64,000 bases of DNA, from assembly GCA_043743535.1 (NCBI GenBank), contig JAYTWI010000009.1, forward strand, positions 67,407 through 131,406, given 5' to 3'. The position numbers and the translations under genes are program-made. Source of the DNA: Candidatus Moraniibacteriota bacterium. Its GTDB lineage: Bacteria > Patescibacteriota > Minisyncoccia > Moranbacterales > UBA1568. Below are positions 17,499-29,000 of the stretch, one piece after another; the first letter of the stretch is position 1, and every line of letters starts with the position of its first letter. Under the pieces are notes generated by a model. The model saw only the letters and a list, made by a program, of their open reading frames with translations. It was not told the DNA's origin and did no database searches.

Positions 17499-18655
17499 TG
17501 GAAATAATGGAAGGGACATCATTGAAACAACCGGTGCCGAAAAAAGTAGCTCTCGTGCATGATTTTTTGTTTTCCTATGGCGGAGCGGAGCGGGTGCTTG
17601 AGGCATTGTGTGAAATGTATCCCGAGGCGCCTATCTACACGCTCCTCTATGACCAAGAGCGGATGGGGGAACATTTTCGTGGCCGTGATATTCGAGTGTC
17701 GTGGCTGAAACATTTGCCGCGTTTTATCCAGAAACGATATCGTTTACTTCTGCCCTTTTTCCCGGTAGCAGTGGAGAGCATCGACCTGCGGGAATTTGAT
17801 GTGGTTATTTCTTCCTCTGGAGCCTGGAGCAAAGGCATCATCACTCGGCTCAATACTACTCACATCGCCTACCTCCATTCGCCTATGCGCTACGCCTGGG
17901 ACTATCACGAGCAGTATTTGGGAGAAATCGGGGCGCGAGGAAAAGTGCGGATTTTTTCGCGTATGCTTCTCTCTTACCTCCGCATCTGGGATCGTCAGGC
18001 GGCGCTTCGGCCGGATGTATTGTTGGCCAATTCACGCTATACGGCGGCACGTATCAAAAAGTACTACCGCTCTTTGGCAGCGGTGATTTACCCCGGGGCA
18101 CTTTCTTTGTTTGAAAAAGTAGGCAATGTCTCCGCAACGCGCGAAAATAAGCGGGAATACTTTTTGGTGGTGTCGCGTCTGACCTTGTCCAAAAAGGTAG
18201 ATACGGTGGTTGCGGCTTTCAATAAATTGGGCCTGCCACTTGTGGTGGTGGGGGAAGGGAAAGAGCGGACGAGACTAGAGAAATTGGCCAAGTCCAATAT
18301 TCGTTTCACTGGCTTTGTGCTAGATGAGCAATTGGCGGCTCTCTATCGTGGTGCGCGGGCGCTTATTTTTCCGGCGGAAGAGGACTTCGGTATGGTGGCA
18401 GTGGAGGCTTTGTCTTTCGGTACCCCGGTTATTGCTTTTGATTATGGAGGTATCCGCGAGATCGTAGAGGAGGGTGTGACTGGTGAATGGTACCATGCCC
18501 AGGCAGCAGAAATAGTGGCCGAAGGGGTGCGGCGCTTTCTTGCTAAAGAAGGAACCTACGACGAGGGGGTGATGAAGCAGTCGGTAGCACGCTTTACCAA
18601 GAGTCGCTTTCAAGAAGAACTGCGAGTGGCCGTTGAGAGGGCGAGTAACAATTAA
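17498..18655 (+). CDS. Family 4 (GT-B) glycosyltransferase
   Basis: GGAERVLEAL near the N-terminus and EDFGMVAVEALSFGTPVIA near the C-terminus. The ATG at 17498 overlaps the upstream TAA (TAATG), suggesting translational coupling. The track ORF starts at 17453. Confidence 0.8.
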   Translation: MEIMEGTSLKQPVPKKVALVHDFLFSYGGAERVLEALCEMYPEAPIYTLLYDQERMGEHFRGRDIRVSWLKHLPRFIQKRYRLLLPFFPVAVESIDLREFDVVISSSGAWSKGIITRLNTTHIAYLHSPMRYAWDYHEQYLGEIGARGKVRIFSRMLLSYLRIWDRQAALRPDVLLANSRYTAARIKKYYRSLAAVIYPGALSLFEKVGNVSATRENKREYFLVVSRLTLSKKVDTVVAAFNKLGLPLVVVGEGKERTRLEKLAKSNIRFTGFVLDEQLAALYRGARALIFPAEEDFGMVAVEALSFGTPVIAFDYGGIREIVEEGVTGEWYHAQAAEIVAEGVRRFLAKEGTYDEGVMKQSVARFTKSRFQEELRVAVERASNN

Positions 18656-18666
18656 TAACATTTTCG

Positions 18667-19572
18667 ATGCACATCATCGGCCATTTCAAAGAACGGAAAG
18701 CGCTCTCTCAGAGTCTTGACGGAAAACTATTTTCCCAGGCCTTTCTTTTTTTTGGGCCACGCAGCGTGGGGAAGAGTTTGTGTGCTTTGGAATTGGCTGC
18801 GCTCTTGGCTCTGGAGCCTGATTTCGTACCGACCACTGGTAAGCCCCATCCATTTGACGTGATGGTCATCTATCCGATGGCTGTGACCAAGAAGGGGATA
18901 ACGAAAATGAAAAAAATACCGGCCGAGGATATCCGAGCTGCTCTCAATTTTTTGGGGAGTTTCCCGGCGAGCGGCGGTTTCCGAACCGTAGTTATCGAAG
19001 ATGCGCATCGCCTTTCGGAAACGGCACAAAATGTTTTGCTCAAGACCTTGGAAGAGCCTAACCCTTCCACGGTTATTATTCTCGTGACACACGAGCTCGG
19101 TAGTATTTTGCCGACACTGTTGTCGCGCGTGAAACGGGTGCGTTTTGATTTTGTCCCGGAAGAAGCAATCCGCCGCGGGTTAGCCGAATATTTTCCGCAG
19201 TACCCGACAGGGGAGGTAGCCCCTTTCTTTTTTGCTCTTGGCCGGCCAGGAATGATTCTTTCAGCTCTCGTAGATGCCTCGCAGTTTTCGACTGAGCGCG
19301 AAAAACTTGGAACTCTTTTTCGGCTCTCGACGCTTTCGCTTTCTGAGCGTCTGAAGTTAGCAGAAAAACTTTCCACCAACGCTGACCTGACCGTACGTCT
19401 GCTCGAGTGGTGGTTGCCAGGACTCTATAATCAGGCGAAAAAAATTAAAGAAAGGCAGCTGACAGTACGTTTCTATGCTCTTTTAGAGGCAGTCGAACAG
19501 ACGATAATACTTTTGAAAACCACCCAAAGTAATACCCGTTTATTACTGGAAAAACTATTTTTGAGTCTCTAA
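18667..19572 (+). CDS. holB: DNA polymerase III delta-prime subunit (clamp-loader AAA+)
   Basis: FLFFGPRSVGKS Walker A-like motif, VVIEDAHRLS, TVIILVTHE...LPTLLSRV sensor motif. Confidence 0.75.
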   Translation: MHIIGHFKERKALSQSLDGKLFSQAFLFFGPRSVGKSLCALELAALLALEPDFVPTTGKPHPFDVMVIYPMAVTKKGITKMKKIPAEDIRAALNFLGSFPASGGFRTVVIEDAHRLSETAQNVLLKTLEEPNPSTVIILVTHELGSILPTLLSRVKRVRFDFVPEEAIRRGLAEYFPQYPTGEVAPFFFALGRPGMILSALVDASQFSTEREKLGTLFRLSTLSLSERLKLAEKLSTNADLTVRLLEWWLPGLYNQAKKIKERQLTVRFYALLEAVEQTIILLKTTQSNTRLLLEKLFLSL

Positions 19573-19584
19573 TCAGTACGAGAG

Positions 19585-20547
19585 ATGCGATTTTTGTGGA
19601 AAACACAATTAAAAAGAGAACGTGGTAAGCTGTCTTTGAAACAAGCTCCTTCGAAGGGGAATGTCTCTCGCAAGGAGCGTTTGGCATCAGCTTATGGTAA
19701 GCCACATATGAAAGCGATCTTGTTTGGGGTGGTTTTTTTATGGAGCCTCTTCGTCGTCACACTTGGGTACATTTTCTTTTTTTCTCCTTTCCTTTTCATT
19801 ACGGCGCCGGAGGTAGTCGGTACAAGATCTATTTCCCAAGAAGCGGTGGCGCAGATGGTGACGGAGGAAATCTCGGGAAAATATTTCTCACTCATTCCTC
19901 GCAACAGCTTCTTTCTGATACGACCGGAAGAGATTGAGCATTTTTTGCAAGAGCGTTACCCGCTGATGCGTGCCGTTTCTGTTACACGAGTCTTCCCGAA
20001 TCATTTGCAAGTAGTGGTGACTGAACGTGAAAAAATCGTGGTGTGGTGTTCTTTCGCTCACTGTTTTCATATTACTGAAGACGGCAGTGTATTCCCTGTT
20101 TCCGCTGCTTTTGAAGAGCCCGAGAACCTCGGGAGGACCATTACCATCAGAGATATGAGCGAAGAGCCGATGCCAGTCACTCCACGAGTTTTTCAGAACA
20201 CATTCGTCCCGTTAGTGATTGCTGTGGAAGAAGCTTTCCGGCGGGTGCTTCATGTCGAGGTCGATGAAACGTTCACGGTCGTTTCATATTTTGCTGATGA
20301 CTTACGTGTGAAAACAAACGATGGTTTTGAAGTGTATATCAGTACCAAGCGTCCGCTCGAAGACTCGATGGCTGCCCTCTCGCTTTTGTTTGAAAAGGAA
20401 TTATCGTCGGTTGATACGAAGCGGTTGCGATATATCGACGTGCGTACCGAAAATCATATCTACTACGCATTTTTGGATGAGGTAAAACAAACGAGTGAGA
20501 CGCCAGTTGCTTCGAAAGATACGAAAGAGGTGGGGAAGAAAAAATAG
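19585..20547 (+). CDS. FtsQ/DivIB-like membrane protein (short cytoplasmic tail, one TM, POTRA-like domain)
   Basis: Basic N-terminus, TM helix ILFGVVFLWSLFVVTLGYIFFF, then IRPEEIEHFLQERYPLMRAVSVTRVFPNHLQVVVTEREKIVVW, which resembles POTRA. Weak call. Confidence 0.4.
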   Translation: MRFLWKTQLKRERGKLSLKQAPSKGNVSRKERLASAYGKPHMKAILFGVVFLWSLFVVTLGYIFFFSPFLFITAPEVVGTRSISQEAVAQMVTEEISGKYFSLIPRNSFFLIRPEEIEHFLQERYPLMRAVSVTRVFPNHLQVVVTEREKIVVWCSFAHCFHITEDGSVFPVSAAFEEPENLGRTITIRDMSEEPMPVTPRVFQNTFVPLVIAVEEAFRRVLHVEVDETFTVVSYFADDLRVKTNDGFEVYISTKRPLEDSMAALSLLFEKELSSVDTKRLRYIDVRTENHIYYAFLDEVKQTSETPVASKDTKEVGKKK

Positions 20548-20555
20548 AGAGAATT

Positions 20556-22442
20556 CTACTGTGGCGGGAAGTAGTAGATGAAGAAATTATCACCGGCCCT
20601 GGCGATGGGTGTTTTGTCTTTGAGCCAGCTATAGTCTTTTTCTCCCGGCAACTTCTTTTTGTAGAGATTTTCCTGATAAAAGAAGGTCGTGATAGCGTAC
20701 CAGCCTGGTTCTGGATCACGACTGGCGTACCAGGGGATATATTTGCCCTCCAGGTAGTAGCTCGGGTTGCCGCCACCAAAATAGTCGACACGGATTTTGT
20801 CGATAGGTGGGTAAGAGAGGAGTGCCGTGTCGCAGCCAGGGAGAAATGATTTTCCTGCCACGCAATCATTATGCTTAGCGACGAAGTTTTTCAAATGGAT
20901 TAAATCTTGCCCCCAGTCATAATTGGAATCTGTGACGTACTTGTAACCATTGAGATGGCCGCCGGTGATGGCATTGAAGTAGGAAAGGTAGCTCGGGTAA
21001 CTCCAGATCGGGATGGCGACGATAATGAATGTGAGTAGACAAAAGAGGATAGTGAGTATTTTCTTGGTTCCAGGTTCATCTTGGGCGCGTTTGTAGAAAT
21101 CAAAGAGTGCTTTGGCGACCAGCATATAGAAGAAGGGCATAATAGGGAAGAGATGACGGAGGCCGATATTGAGATTGCCAGTGATGCTGATGTAGCCGTA
21201 GAAGAGGATGAAAAACATTGCAAGATACTGAGCCACGCGGTGCTGAAAGGAATGACAGAGCGTTTTTACCAGGCCATGCTTGGCTTTTTCTTCAATCAGC
21301 GATTTACCGATGCGGTAGAGTCCATAGCATGAGGTGAAGAGCAAAAGGAAGAGAAATGGCAAGGTCTCTTTGAGAACAAATACCACGGGGAAGTACCAGA
21401 GTGAGGCGGCTTCTGTGACTTGGCCTAGGAAGTAGTGGGTGTTGCCGCCAACCACGCGGGAAAAAACCATGAAGAAACCAAGAAAGTATTCACTCAGCGG
21501 CTTGAGGAGAGCATGTTCGCTGGAGTAAACAACTATGGCGTGAGCAAGATGAGCAAATTGATTTTTTTGAGCCAGGAGATGATCGGCCAGGATGGCAATT
21601 TTCTCACCCGGCATATTTATGGTATTTATGGCATAGACGATCCAAATGACCATGAAACAAACTACGACGCTTGCGGCGAATTTGAGGAGGTATTGGAAAA
21701 GCAATCGGGTTTTGAAAAGTGCTCTGCTTCTGGTATCGGCGGGATTCTGCTCCCTCGTCAAGGCATAGAGAATGACGAAAAGCCCGAAGACGGGGAAGAG
21801 GAGGACAGCGGAAAATTTCGCCAGTTCGGCAAGACCGAGAAAAAGGCCGGAGAGAAAAATGTTGCGCCCGTTCGGGTGTTTCAAGAAACGAATGAAAAAG
21901 TAAAATGCAAAAAAGATGAAAGCGGCGATGCCGATATCAGTAGTGACATAATGATTGTGGGCGATAATGTTGGGGTCGAAGGCATAGAGGGCGACAGCAA
22001 ATACGCCAGCCAGTGTCCCTCCGAGTTCTTTGGTCCAGACAAAAATCGCGATTCCAAGGAGGACGGCTATGATGATGATGGGGATGCGGGAGAAAAACAA
22101 AACGGTAGCAGTGTCGTTACAGGCTGCTTCGGGGCGTGAACAGTTGACGAACATATCGCCAACAACCCACTGCTCGTTAATCCCAGTTTGCCATTCTGCG
22201 GATGCGAGGGGGAACTGTAGTCCGAGAGGTAGCAACATGAGTCCAGCCAGGTCTTTGAGGAGCGGTGGGTGTTCGGGGTTGAGACGCATATCACCATAGC
22301 GGACGTAGCTGTAACCGGCTGGGATGTGAGCCTTTTCATCAAAAATCATCGATTCTTGGCTAGAGACCAAGAGTGAGAGGGCGAAGTGAAAGAAGAGGAT
22401 GCCTGCTACCACCATGACCGCGTGCTTTTTGACGAATTCCAT
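20556..22442 (-). CDS. GT-C fold membrane glycosyltransferase, PMT/ArnT-like (GT39/GT83, PMT_2)
   Basis: DEKAHIPAGYSYVRYGDMRLNPEHPPLLKDLAG in the first loop, about 12 TM helices, 628 aa. Confidence 0.7.
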   Translation of the reverse strand: MEFVKKHAVMVVAGILFFHFALSLLVSSQESMIFDEKAHIPAGYSYVRYGDMRLNPEHPPLLKDLAGLMLLPLGLQFPLASAEWQTGINEQWVVGDMFVNCSRPEAACNDTATVLFFSRIPIIIIAVLLGIAIFVWTKELGGTLAGVFAVALYAFDPNIIAHNHYVTTDIGIAAFIFFAFYFFIRFLKHPNGRNIFLSGLFLGLAELAKFSAVLLFPVFGLFVILYALTREQNPADTRSRALFKTRLLFQYLLKFAASVVVCFMVIWIVYAINTINMPGEKIAILADHLLAQKNQFAHLAHAIVVYSSEHALLKPLSEYFLGFFMVFSRVVGGNTHYFLGQVTEAASLWYFPVVFVLKETLPFLFLLLFTSCYGLYRIGKSLIEEKAKHGLVKTLCHSFQHRVAQYLAMFFILFYGYISITGNLNIGLRHLFPIMPFFYMLVAKALFDFYKRAQDEPGTKKILTILFCLLTFIIVAIPIWSYPSYLSYFNAITGGHLNGYKYVTDSNYDWGQDLIHLKNFVAKHNDCVAGKSFLPGCDTALLSYPPIDKIRVDYFGGGNPSYYLEGKYIPWYASRDPEPGWYAITTFFYQENLYKKKLPGEKDYSWLKDKTPIARAGDNFFIYYFPPQ

Positions 22443-22471
22443 AAGGCGTATGTTTTATTTAGATAGCCGGA

Positions 22472-24088
22472 TTATTTTTTCTCATCTGGAATAACAATGA
22501 CATCAAAATCGCCGCCCTCACGCGAAGGACCATTCCAATCGATATGCTGTTTGTAGGCGTTGGGGTAGCGTTCGAACATTTTCTGGGCGATAGTGTCGTT
22601 GTAATTGATCATGAGAAAGATACTGGGGTGGTGAATGATTGTATCTGGGGAGATGATTTCCATATTGGCTACGCGTTGATAGGTCAGATAGTAAAACGGA
22701 TGAGCATAGACGGGCAGTTTGTTGAAGTCGTTTTTGCCATCTTCGTTGATCATGATGTATTTCTGAGTGCTCTCTGGCAGGGCGAGCAAATAACGTGCCA
22801 TATTGGTGTAGTTCTCATTGAAGGCAGTAGCAGCATGGACGTTTTGACTGAAAAACACAAAATATTTTGTCAGATTAAAAACGGCGCTGAACGAGAGGCT
22901 GATGACCAAGAGTGAGACAAGAGCCAGTTTCATTCCAGGTTGTGAACGGAGGGCTTTTTGGGCGAACCAAAAGGCGGCCATAGTGGCCATGAGGAAGACT
23001 GGCATTTGCGTGCCGATGGAACGGAGGGCATGCGGCAATCCCTCGTTGGTCAGAAACTCCGGTAACAGCATGACAAAGAAGGATCCAAGGAGGAAAAAAT
23101 TTCTGACCAGACGCAGGTCACGGTCTTTATCACGGAGACGTTTTCCGATCAGGGTGACGGTCTGCCAGATGAGATAGAGAAACCCAGCCAGGAAGAAGGT
23201 GCCGACTACCGGGTCGAGGACCGGATAGGGTGGGTAGTTGTGGCGCCAGTTTTGATCACCCCAGAAATTATATTTGAGAAGTGAGAGAGCAAAAGTCTTG
23301 CCGATGGTACCCCAGAGATTGCCACCGTTAGCCAGTGGAGAAAATACGGAAATCTGTGAAGAACGTGACTCGAAGTCCTCGGGATGGGAAATAAAAAAGT
23401 TATAGAACATGGGGGCAGCGGAAATAAAGGCCCCGAAGATGAAAATGAGCGTGTGTTTCCAAAAGCGGCGGAGGAAGTTTTCGTAAGAAAAAATGAGCGC
23501 CGGAAACAATACGACGAGAATAAGCGGGGCTACCCGGAAAGCGATATAGGTGTGGAGCCCCAAACCGAAAATGATGCCAGAGAGGAAGAAATCGCGGATG
23601 CGCTGCGTCCGAAAGCCACGGAAAAAGAAGTAGAAAGAAAAAGTGAGAATGAAGGTAGTCATGATAGCCCGGAAGCCGATACGGGAAAAATTGATCGCCC
23701 AGTAGGAAGTGGCCAGCATAAAGGAAGCGATCAGACCGGCTCCGCTTCGGTGGAAGAGTTCTTTGGCCAGAAGGTACATCCCCAAGACAGACAATGTGCC
23801 GAAAAGCACCGAAGCGATGAGTAGCCCCGTGATGGTATTGCCAATAAGGGCAATAAAAAGTGCTTGGATATTGATAAACAAACCTTCACGGCCGTAGTTG
23901 GCTGGGTAGAAGAGTTTGAAATTCCCGCTGGCGAGAGCATTTAAGGCATCGACGCCATTGGCCGCTTCGTCAGGGTAGATGCCGGCTGGGATACTTTCGA
24001 TATGATAGAAACGGACGAAGAAGGCAAAGAGGATAATAAGAGCGAGAGAGGTTCCGACGATGAGGGAAAGTTTTTTGTGTGGGGTCAT
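22472..24088 (-). CDS. GT-C fold membrane glycosyltransferase, ArnT/PMT-like (GT39/GT83)
   Basis: IPAGIYPDEAANGVDALNAL... first-loop motif, polytopic. The track ORF extends to 24175, but the M at 24088 (MTPHKK...) is the more likely start because 24138-24175 looks like promoter sequence. Confidence 0.7.
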   Translation of the reverse strand: MTPHKKLSLIVGTSLALIILFAFFVRFYHIESIPAGIYPDEAANGVDALNALASGNFKLFYPANYGREGLFINIQALFIALIGNTITGLLIASVLFGTLSVLGMYLLAKELFHRSGAGLIASFMLATSYWAINFSRIGFRAIMTTFILTFSFYFFFRGFRTQRIRDFFLSGIIFGLGLHTYIAFRVAPLILVVLFPALIFSYENFLRRFWKHTLIFIFGAFISAAPMFYNFFISHPEDFESRSSQISVFSPLANGGNLWGTIGKTFALSLLKYNFWGDQNWRHNYPPYPVLDPVVGTFFLAGFLYLIWQTVTLIGKRLRDKDRDLRLVRNFFLLGSFFVMLLPEFLTNEGLPHALRSIGTQMPVFLMATMAAFWFAQKALRSQPGMKLALVSLLVISLSFSAVFNLTKYFVFFSQNVHAATAFNENYTNMARYLLALPESTQKYIMINEDGKNDFNKLPVYAHPFYYLTYQRVANMEIISPDTIIHHPSIFLMINYNDTIAQKMFERYPNAYKQHIDWNGPSREGGDFDVIVIPDEKK

Positions 24089-24137
24089 AGAGCGGGTCAC
24101 TGATGCTTCGATAGGCGACAGCAGAGATTTAATTTTT

Positions 24138-24150
24138 TTGTTTGTTATGG
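24138..24150. promoter_or_regulatory. Palindromic TGGTATAATTATA element giving back-to-back -10 boxes for divergent genes
   Basis: TATAAT is readable on both strands. It sits between the divergently oriented 22472..24088 (-) and 24192..26057 (+). Confidence 0.35.
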
Positions 24151-24191
24151 TATAATTATAACAAAGTTGCCACAAAAATGAAAATACGCTG

Positions 24192-26057
24192 ATGCCATTT
24201 AATTTTCAAGGCGGGGTAGATCGAGTCAGGAAACTTTTTTCGGGGGGTGAACAAGCTCACGATCTTCCTTTGATTTCTCTAGAAGAGTATCGAACAAAGT
24301 ATGCCGAGTACTTTTCCCCCGGTAAGTGCTGGATGAGTAGGGATAATAAGGTGAGAATAGAGACGTCGGTACCATGGATGATTAATCATACGCGCCTCGA
24401 TGAGGAAGATGAAAAGGGAGAGCCTAATCTTGCAAAAAGGGAGCTGTTTGCGAGTGAGGATGAATTATGGGCACTGCTCTACGACGGTGGGTACGAACCA
24501 ATCGGTATTTCTATTGCGAAAAATCCTGAGAAAGCGTCTGAGAGTGATAAAGGTGCGGATGGTGAAGCGACTACACCAGAGAGCGGCACCGAAACGCCGG
24601 CGGCCAATGTTGATAGCGTGACAGTCGAGGGGCATCCGGATTCGGGCGAAGATGCTATGCACATTATCGTCGAGGCTGCGAAAATACGAGCTGAAATCGA
24701 AACCTTGTTGAGCCAGGCACGTGAGTTGGTGGTTGCTGATGAACCTAACCCTTTACAGGAACTGCTTGTTCAAATTGATAGCGAAACAACCGAAGCATCA
24801 AAAGAAATCGATCGTTTGTTTACTACTCCTGCTCCAGACAATGTTGAAAAACTCACGGCACTGCTCGAAGAATTACGCCGTAGGCGTGATGGGGCAGAGC
24901 GGGCGCTTCATGCGCTACAGACACTCTCTTCCGATTCTGGAGCAGTAGTCGCGAGCGAAAAGACCCCAGCTGAATCAGGGGGTGGAGATTTTGGCGAGAG
25001 CAGAGGTAGTGAGAAAAAAACTTCCAAAAGAAAAAAAGGGAAGGGTAGTGGCCCTGATGATGGTGGCGAGGTGCCACTGGTTGTTGGGAGTTCACTGAAT
25101 GACGCTTCACTAAGGGTTTTAAGTAGCCTTAAAAGAATGACATCACCAGCCCCCATAGAGCAAACTCTGCTACCAGTGGAGTCTATAGCGGACGAAGGTG
25201 TAAAGAAGGCCACGGAACAAATTTTTTCGGAAGCGCTTGCTAGCGATCGTGCGACCGTATCTACGATAATTGAAGCTATCACGACTCCGGAAGAGTATGC
25301 GGAGTTCCTCCGTACGCTGGAGAAAACTCATTCCAAAGATGGCGATCGTGATATATATCATATCCTCAACTTTGATAACTATGAAGTCGCTTTCCGGCGG
25401 AGTCTTGCACAGGAAGAGCGTTCGGCAGTGATGGCATTGGAGGGGGAGCTTAAAAAACAGCTGTATGATAAGTTTGAAGTTCTTTTCGCGTCGTTTCGTC
25501 AGGAGTTACAAACGTATTATAATAAAGAAAAGGCGAAGATTGACAGCGTGGTAGAGGAAATAGCACTTGATGCTCTCGTTTCATCGTTTACTGATGGCCC
25601 AGAGTCTTTGCAGCGATGGAAAAAGTGTGCGCCCGACATGACCGCAGTCGAACAGTCAAGAGTGATGGAAGAAGCATCTCGACTCTTGGGCGCACTCAAC
25701 CACGACTTGGAAGCACGGAGGGGAGATCTCGCTCGGAGCAAAGAATGGGATGCTTTTCTGGCGCTTCCGAAAGGCGAGCAAATGATAAATTTGTACAAGC
25801 AGACGGTGAAAAGAGTCTGGCAGAGTTTTTTCGATGGGCTTAAAGACGAGGGGCTCATTGATGTTATGACATGGTCAGAAAAGATAAAAGAGTGGGAGAC
25901 TCACTATCTGCCTATGGTGAGGAAACAGATTGTTGGTAGTATTCTTGGTCAATCAGAGGTGACTAGAGAACAAGGGGAAATTATTTTTGAAGAGCTGCTG
26001 CGAGTACTTGACCGAGAACGTGAAGAAAAAAGAGCTAGAAGGGAAAGACCTGTATGA
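24192..26057 (+). CDS. Hypothetical acidic coiled-coil protein (621 aa)
   Basis: Long ORF, no TM, no recognised domain. Its stop overlaps the start of the next gene (ATGA). Confidence 0.5.
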   Translation: MPFNFQGGVDRVRKLFSGGEQAHDLPLISLEEYRTKYAEYFSPGKCWMSRDNKVRIETSVPWMINHTRLDEEDEKGEPNLAKRELFASEDELWALLYDGGYEPIGISIAKNPEKASESDKGADGEATTPESGTETPAANVDSVTVEGHPDSGEDAMHIIVEAAKIRAEIETLLSQARELVVADEPNPLQELLVQIDSETTEASKEIDRLFTTPAPDNVEKLTALLEELRRRRDGAERALHALQTLSSDSGAVVASEKTPAESGGGDFGESRGSEKKTSKRKKGKGSGPDDGGEVPLVVGSSLNDASLRVLSSLKRMTSPAPIEQTLLPVESIADEGVKKATEQIFSEALASDRATVSTIIEAITTPEEYAEFLRTLEKTHSKDGDRDIYHILNFDNYEVAFRRSLAQEERSAVMALEGELKKQLYDKFEVLFASFRQELQTYYNKEKAKIDSVVEEIALDALVSSFTDGPESLQRWKKCAPDMTAVEQSRVMEEASRLLGALNHDLEARRGDLARSKEWDAFLALPKGEQMINLYKQTVKRVWQSFFDGLKDEGLIDVMTWSEKIKEWETHYLPMVRKQIVGSILGQSEVTREQGEIIFEELLRVLDREREEKRARRERPV

Positions 26058-29000
26058 AGAATCACACATTCGAAGGACACGGAGAACAAAATAAAACACC
26101 CGAGCCTATGAGCGAGCGAGCAGCCAAACTGGCAGCGTTAAGAGAGAGGCTATCGCCAATTATTGCGGACGGAATGGCTGTTGATTTAGAAGTGTTCGAT
26201 CAAAAACCGACGGCAGAGGGAGGTTCAGAATCAGGAGCGGTGGAATCGCAAGTGGTGGAACCGGCTGCTACTTCCGCGGTACCTGAGCCAGCTTCATCGC
26301 CAGACCAGGTACTAAAACCACGACGAAGAGCGAAAGCAAGAGTGGAAAAGGGCAAGAAACCAAGAAATCCTTCTGCTTCGACGGCTTCACCAGGAACTTC
26401 GAATGTTCTTGTTTCTGCTACCGTGGAACAGCCCGCATCGTTCAAGGAATCTGCCCCCGAACTTTTGCCCGAAGGTGGTCAGTTGAAATTTACGGATGAA
26501 CGTGGGGTGGACGTGATAGTGGAAAAGCAAGGTGGCTTGTATGGGGTGGATGATAGCAAAGATTTCACCGGATTTATTTATAATGAGGATCAAATAAGGA
26601 CGTTGATCAAAGGATGGACACCGTTAGGAGAAAGTGTCTTGGAGTTAGCTCAAGAAACTGAAAGACAAGAGCAGGAAAAACTGTATGGAGAGGTTGAGAG
26701 GTTGCTTATCCAACAGCAAGAGCAATGGCTGGTAAGAATAGAACAAATTACGAATACTGAAGAGTATAACGCTTTGGTAGATGAAGCAGTGGAAATCGGT
26801 AGGCAATACAAACCGGACCATCCAGGAATAATGAGTTTCCTACTCGGGGAGCCCTTTGAGAGGTTGTTGGCACAGTATCCGCAAGTGAGTACTCAGACAA
26901 AAGAAAAATTGTATTCGCAGGCCCACGACCTACAAGGGAAGATAAATAAAGCTTCCCGAAAAAAAGCCAGTGATTTGCTGATTATGCGAACGGAAGCACC
27001 AACAGCTCATTCAGGCGCTAGCACTTCTGCTCATGACGCATTTCCGCTGGTGAAAACATCGGATCATGGTCATGGTGTATCGCAGAATGAAATTGGAGAA
27101 GTTACGAGCGGTGAGGCAAGAGGAGAAAGACTGGAAAGGTATAGGGCGCAGATAGCGGCCGGCGACTTTGAGGAGGCAGTGATTATCAATCGGGACACTC
27201 CATCAGTAGCCGGGATTGTCAGTCCAGAGGCCGCAGCGGATGCCGGCATTGATTCAAGTGAGCCCTTTGAGACTGATTTTGTCCCGTTTGCAGATGGGGA
27301 GAGAGTGAGCTATCTCACTCTTGACGAGGAAGAAGGAAGCGTGGAAAAAAGAAATGGGAAGTATTTTATCAAGACGGGGGATACTATGCTTGATGCTAAT
27401 GATCCAGGTCTGAGTGAAGTAGGAATGCTGGCAGAAGCTCAAAAAAATAAATGGCGTTTCCAGCGTGAGCTTAACGGAGGAGCGCCTGGCGCCGTCGAGC
27501 TACCAGTATTCAATGACGTCATTAGGAACGCATCGATTGGAGGCGAGAGTAATCCGGCTACTGCGTCCCCTGATGCTGCTCGCGCGGGAGAAAGAAGAGA
27601 ACAGGATTACGACACGGTACGCGAAGGCGATGTGTGGGTGCTACGCGATGCTTCCGGCCAAGAATTACGACGGGTAACAGTGAATCAATTTATTAAATAT
27701 AGTGGAACAGCACTACAGGTCAATTTTTCTGACAGCACAAAGCAACTTCCCCCGGTAGAGGATGACTTCGGATACCTTGATGTGGATTTGACCCGCGTTG
27801 ATACGGAAATGGTTTTGGATAGGTTTCTTCAGATGCTGCGTGCTGATGGCTTTGTGTTGGAAAGTGCTGGTACGGGAGCAGGAACAACTGAAGTGGCGCC
27901 GATTATGGGTGAGCGACGAGGGATGGATGCTCCAGATGGCCGAAGGGCTGAAGTACCGGTTGAAAATCCCGACGTGGCAGTGAAGATTGAGGAAGAACAT
28001 ACTGTGCCTACTACACTCGAGGAGAAAATTGCCCAGTTGCGGCAAGAAAAAGATGAGTTTCGTTATAAATTTGCAGAAAGTGATTTCAAAAATAGCACCA
28101 TCTTGGGGAAATTAGGCTCCATCTTTCGTGAATTGGACAAGAATAAGAAAGATTATGATACGGACACATGGAAAAGGTATTATCTGGGGGCACTAGAGCA
28201 ACTGAAGGATGCTGAGCTGGAACAAATAAAAAAATCGGGGCTCACTGGAGAGATCTTGAATGATGCTTTGGCTGGGATGCTTGAGTATTACAAGATCAAC
28301 GAACCATTGGGATTGATCAAGGCTCGTACCCGCGTACGCTTGGAAACAAAAATAGCAGACAAAGAATGGCCAGAACAGATAATGGATCGGATGGAAAATA
28401 TTGGACGGGAGTACAACAAGCTCAATTGGAAGACAAAAGTTCTCATTGGGGGAGTATTTATTGGCGGCGCGTTCACTTTGGGGTCTACTGGGGCGGCGGG
28501 GGCAGCCATTGGCGGCGGGGCACTTTTCCTTCGGAAAATAGTGACCAGCATTGGAGGGGGTCTTTCTTTGGATGCCACACTCGAAAAAGTAGAAGACTGG
28601 TTTGAGAAAAAGAGCGATACGGATAACAAAGAAATTAAAAAGCAAATGGCAAGAATGGATGATATTGACGACTGGGATAAATTCGAAGGAGTTAATGTTT
28701 TACTTGATCAGGAGATTGCTTCACTTGATGGAAAGTTACAGAAACATAAATCTCATGCCACCAAACGGAAACTCATTGCTTTCGGAACGAGTATCGGATT
28801 TTCATTCGGGAGTTATGCTTTCGGCCATGGCGCCCCGAGTGCTGGTGGAGGAGCGGCGCGTACAACGGTAGCGGCAGCGGCAGCGGAGGCGAAGCGAGCC
28901 GCCATACCATCTGGTGCCGCGGCTTCTGGAGTAGCCCGCTCTATTGAGCAAGCGGCTTCGGCTCCCAGTGGGGCAGCCTCGGCTGGGGTGGGGCAGGCAC

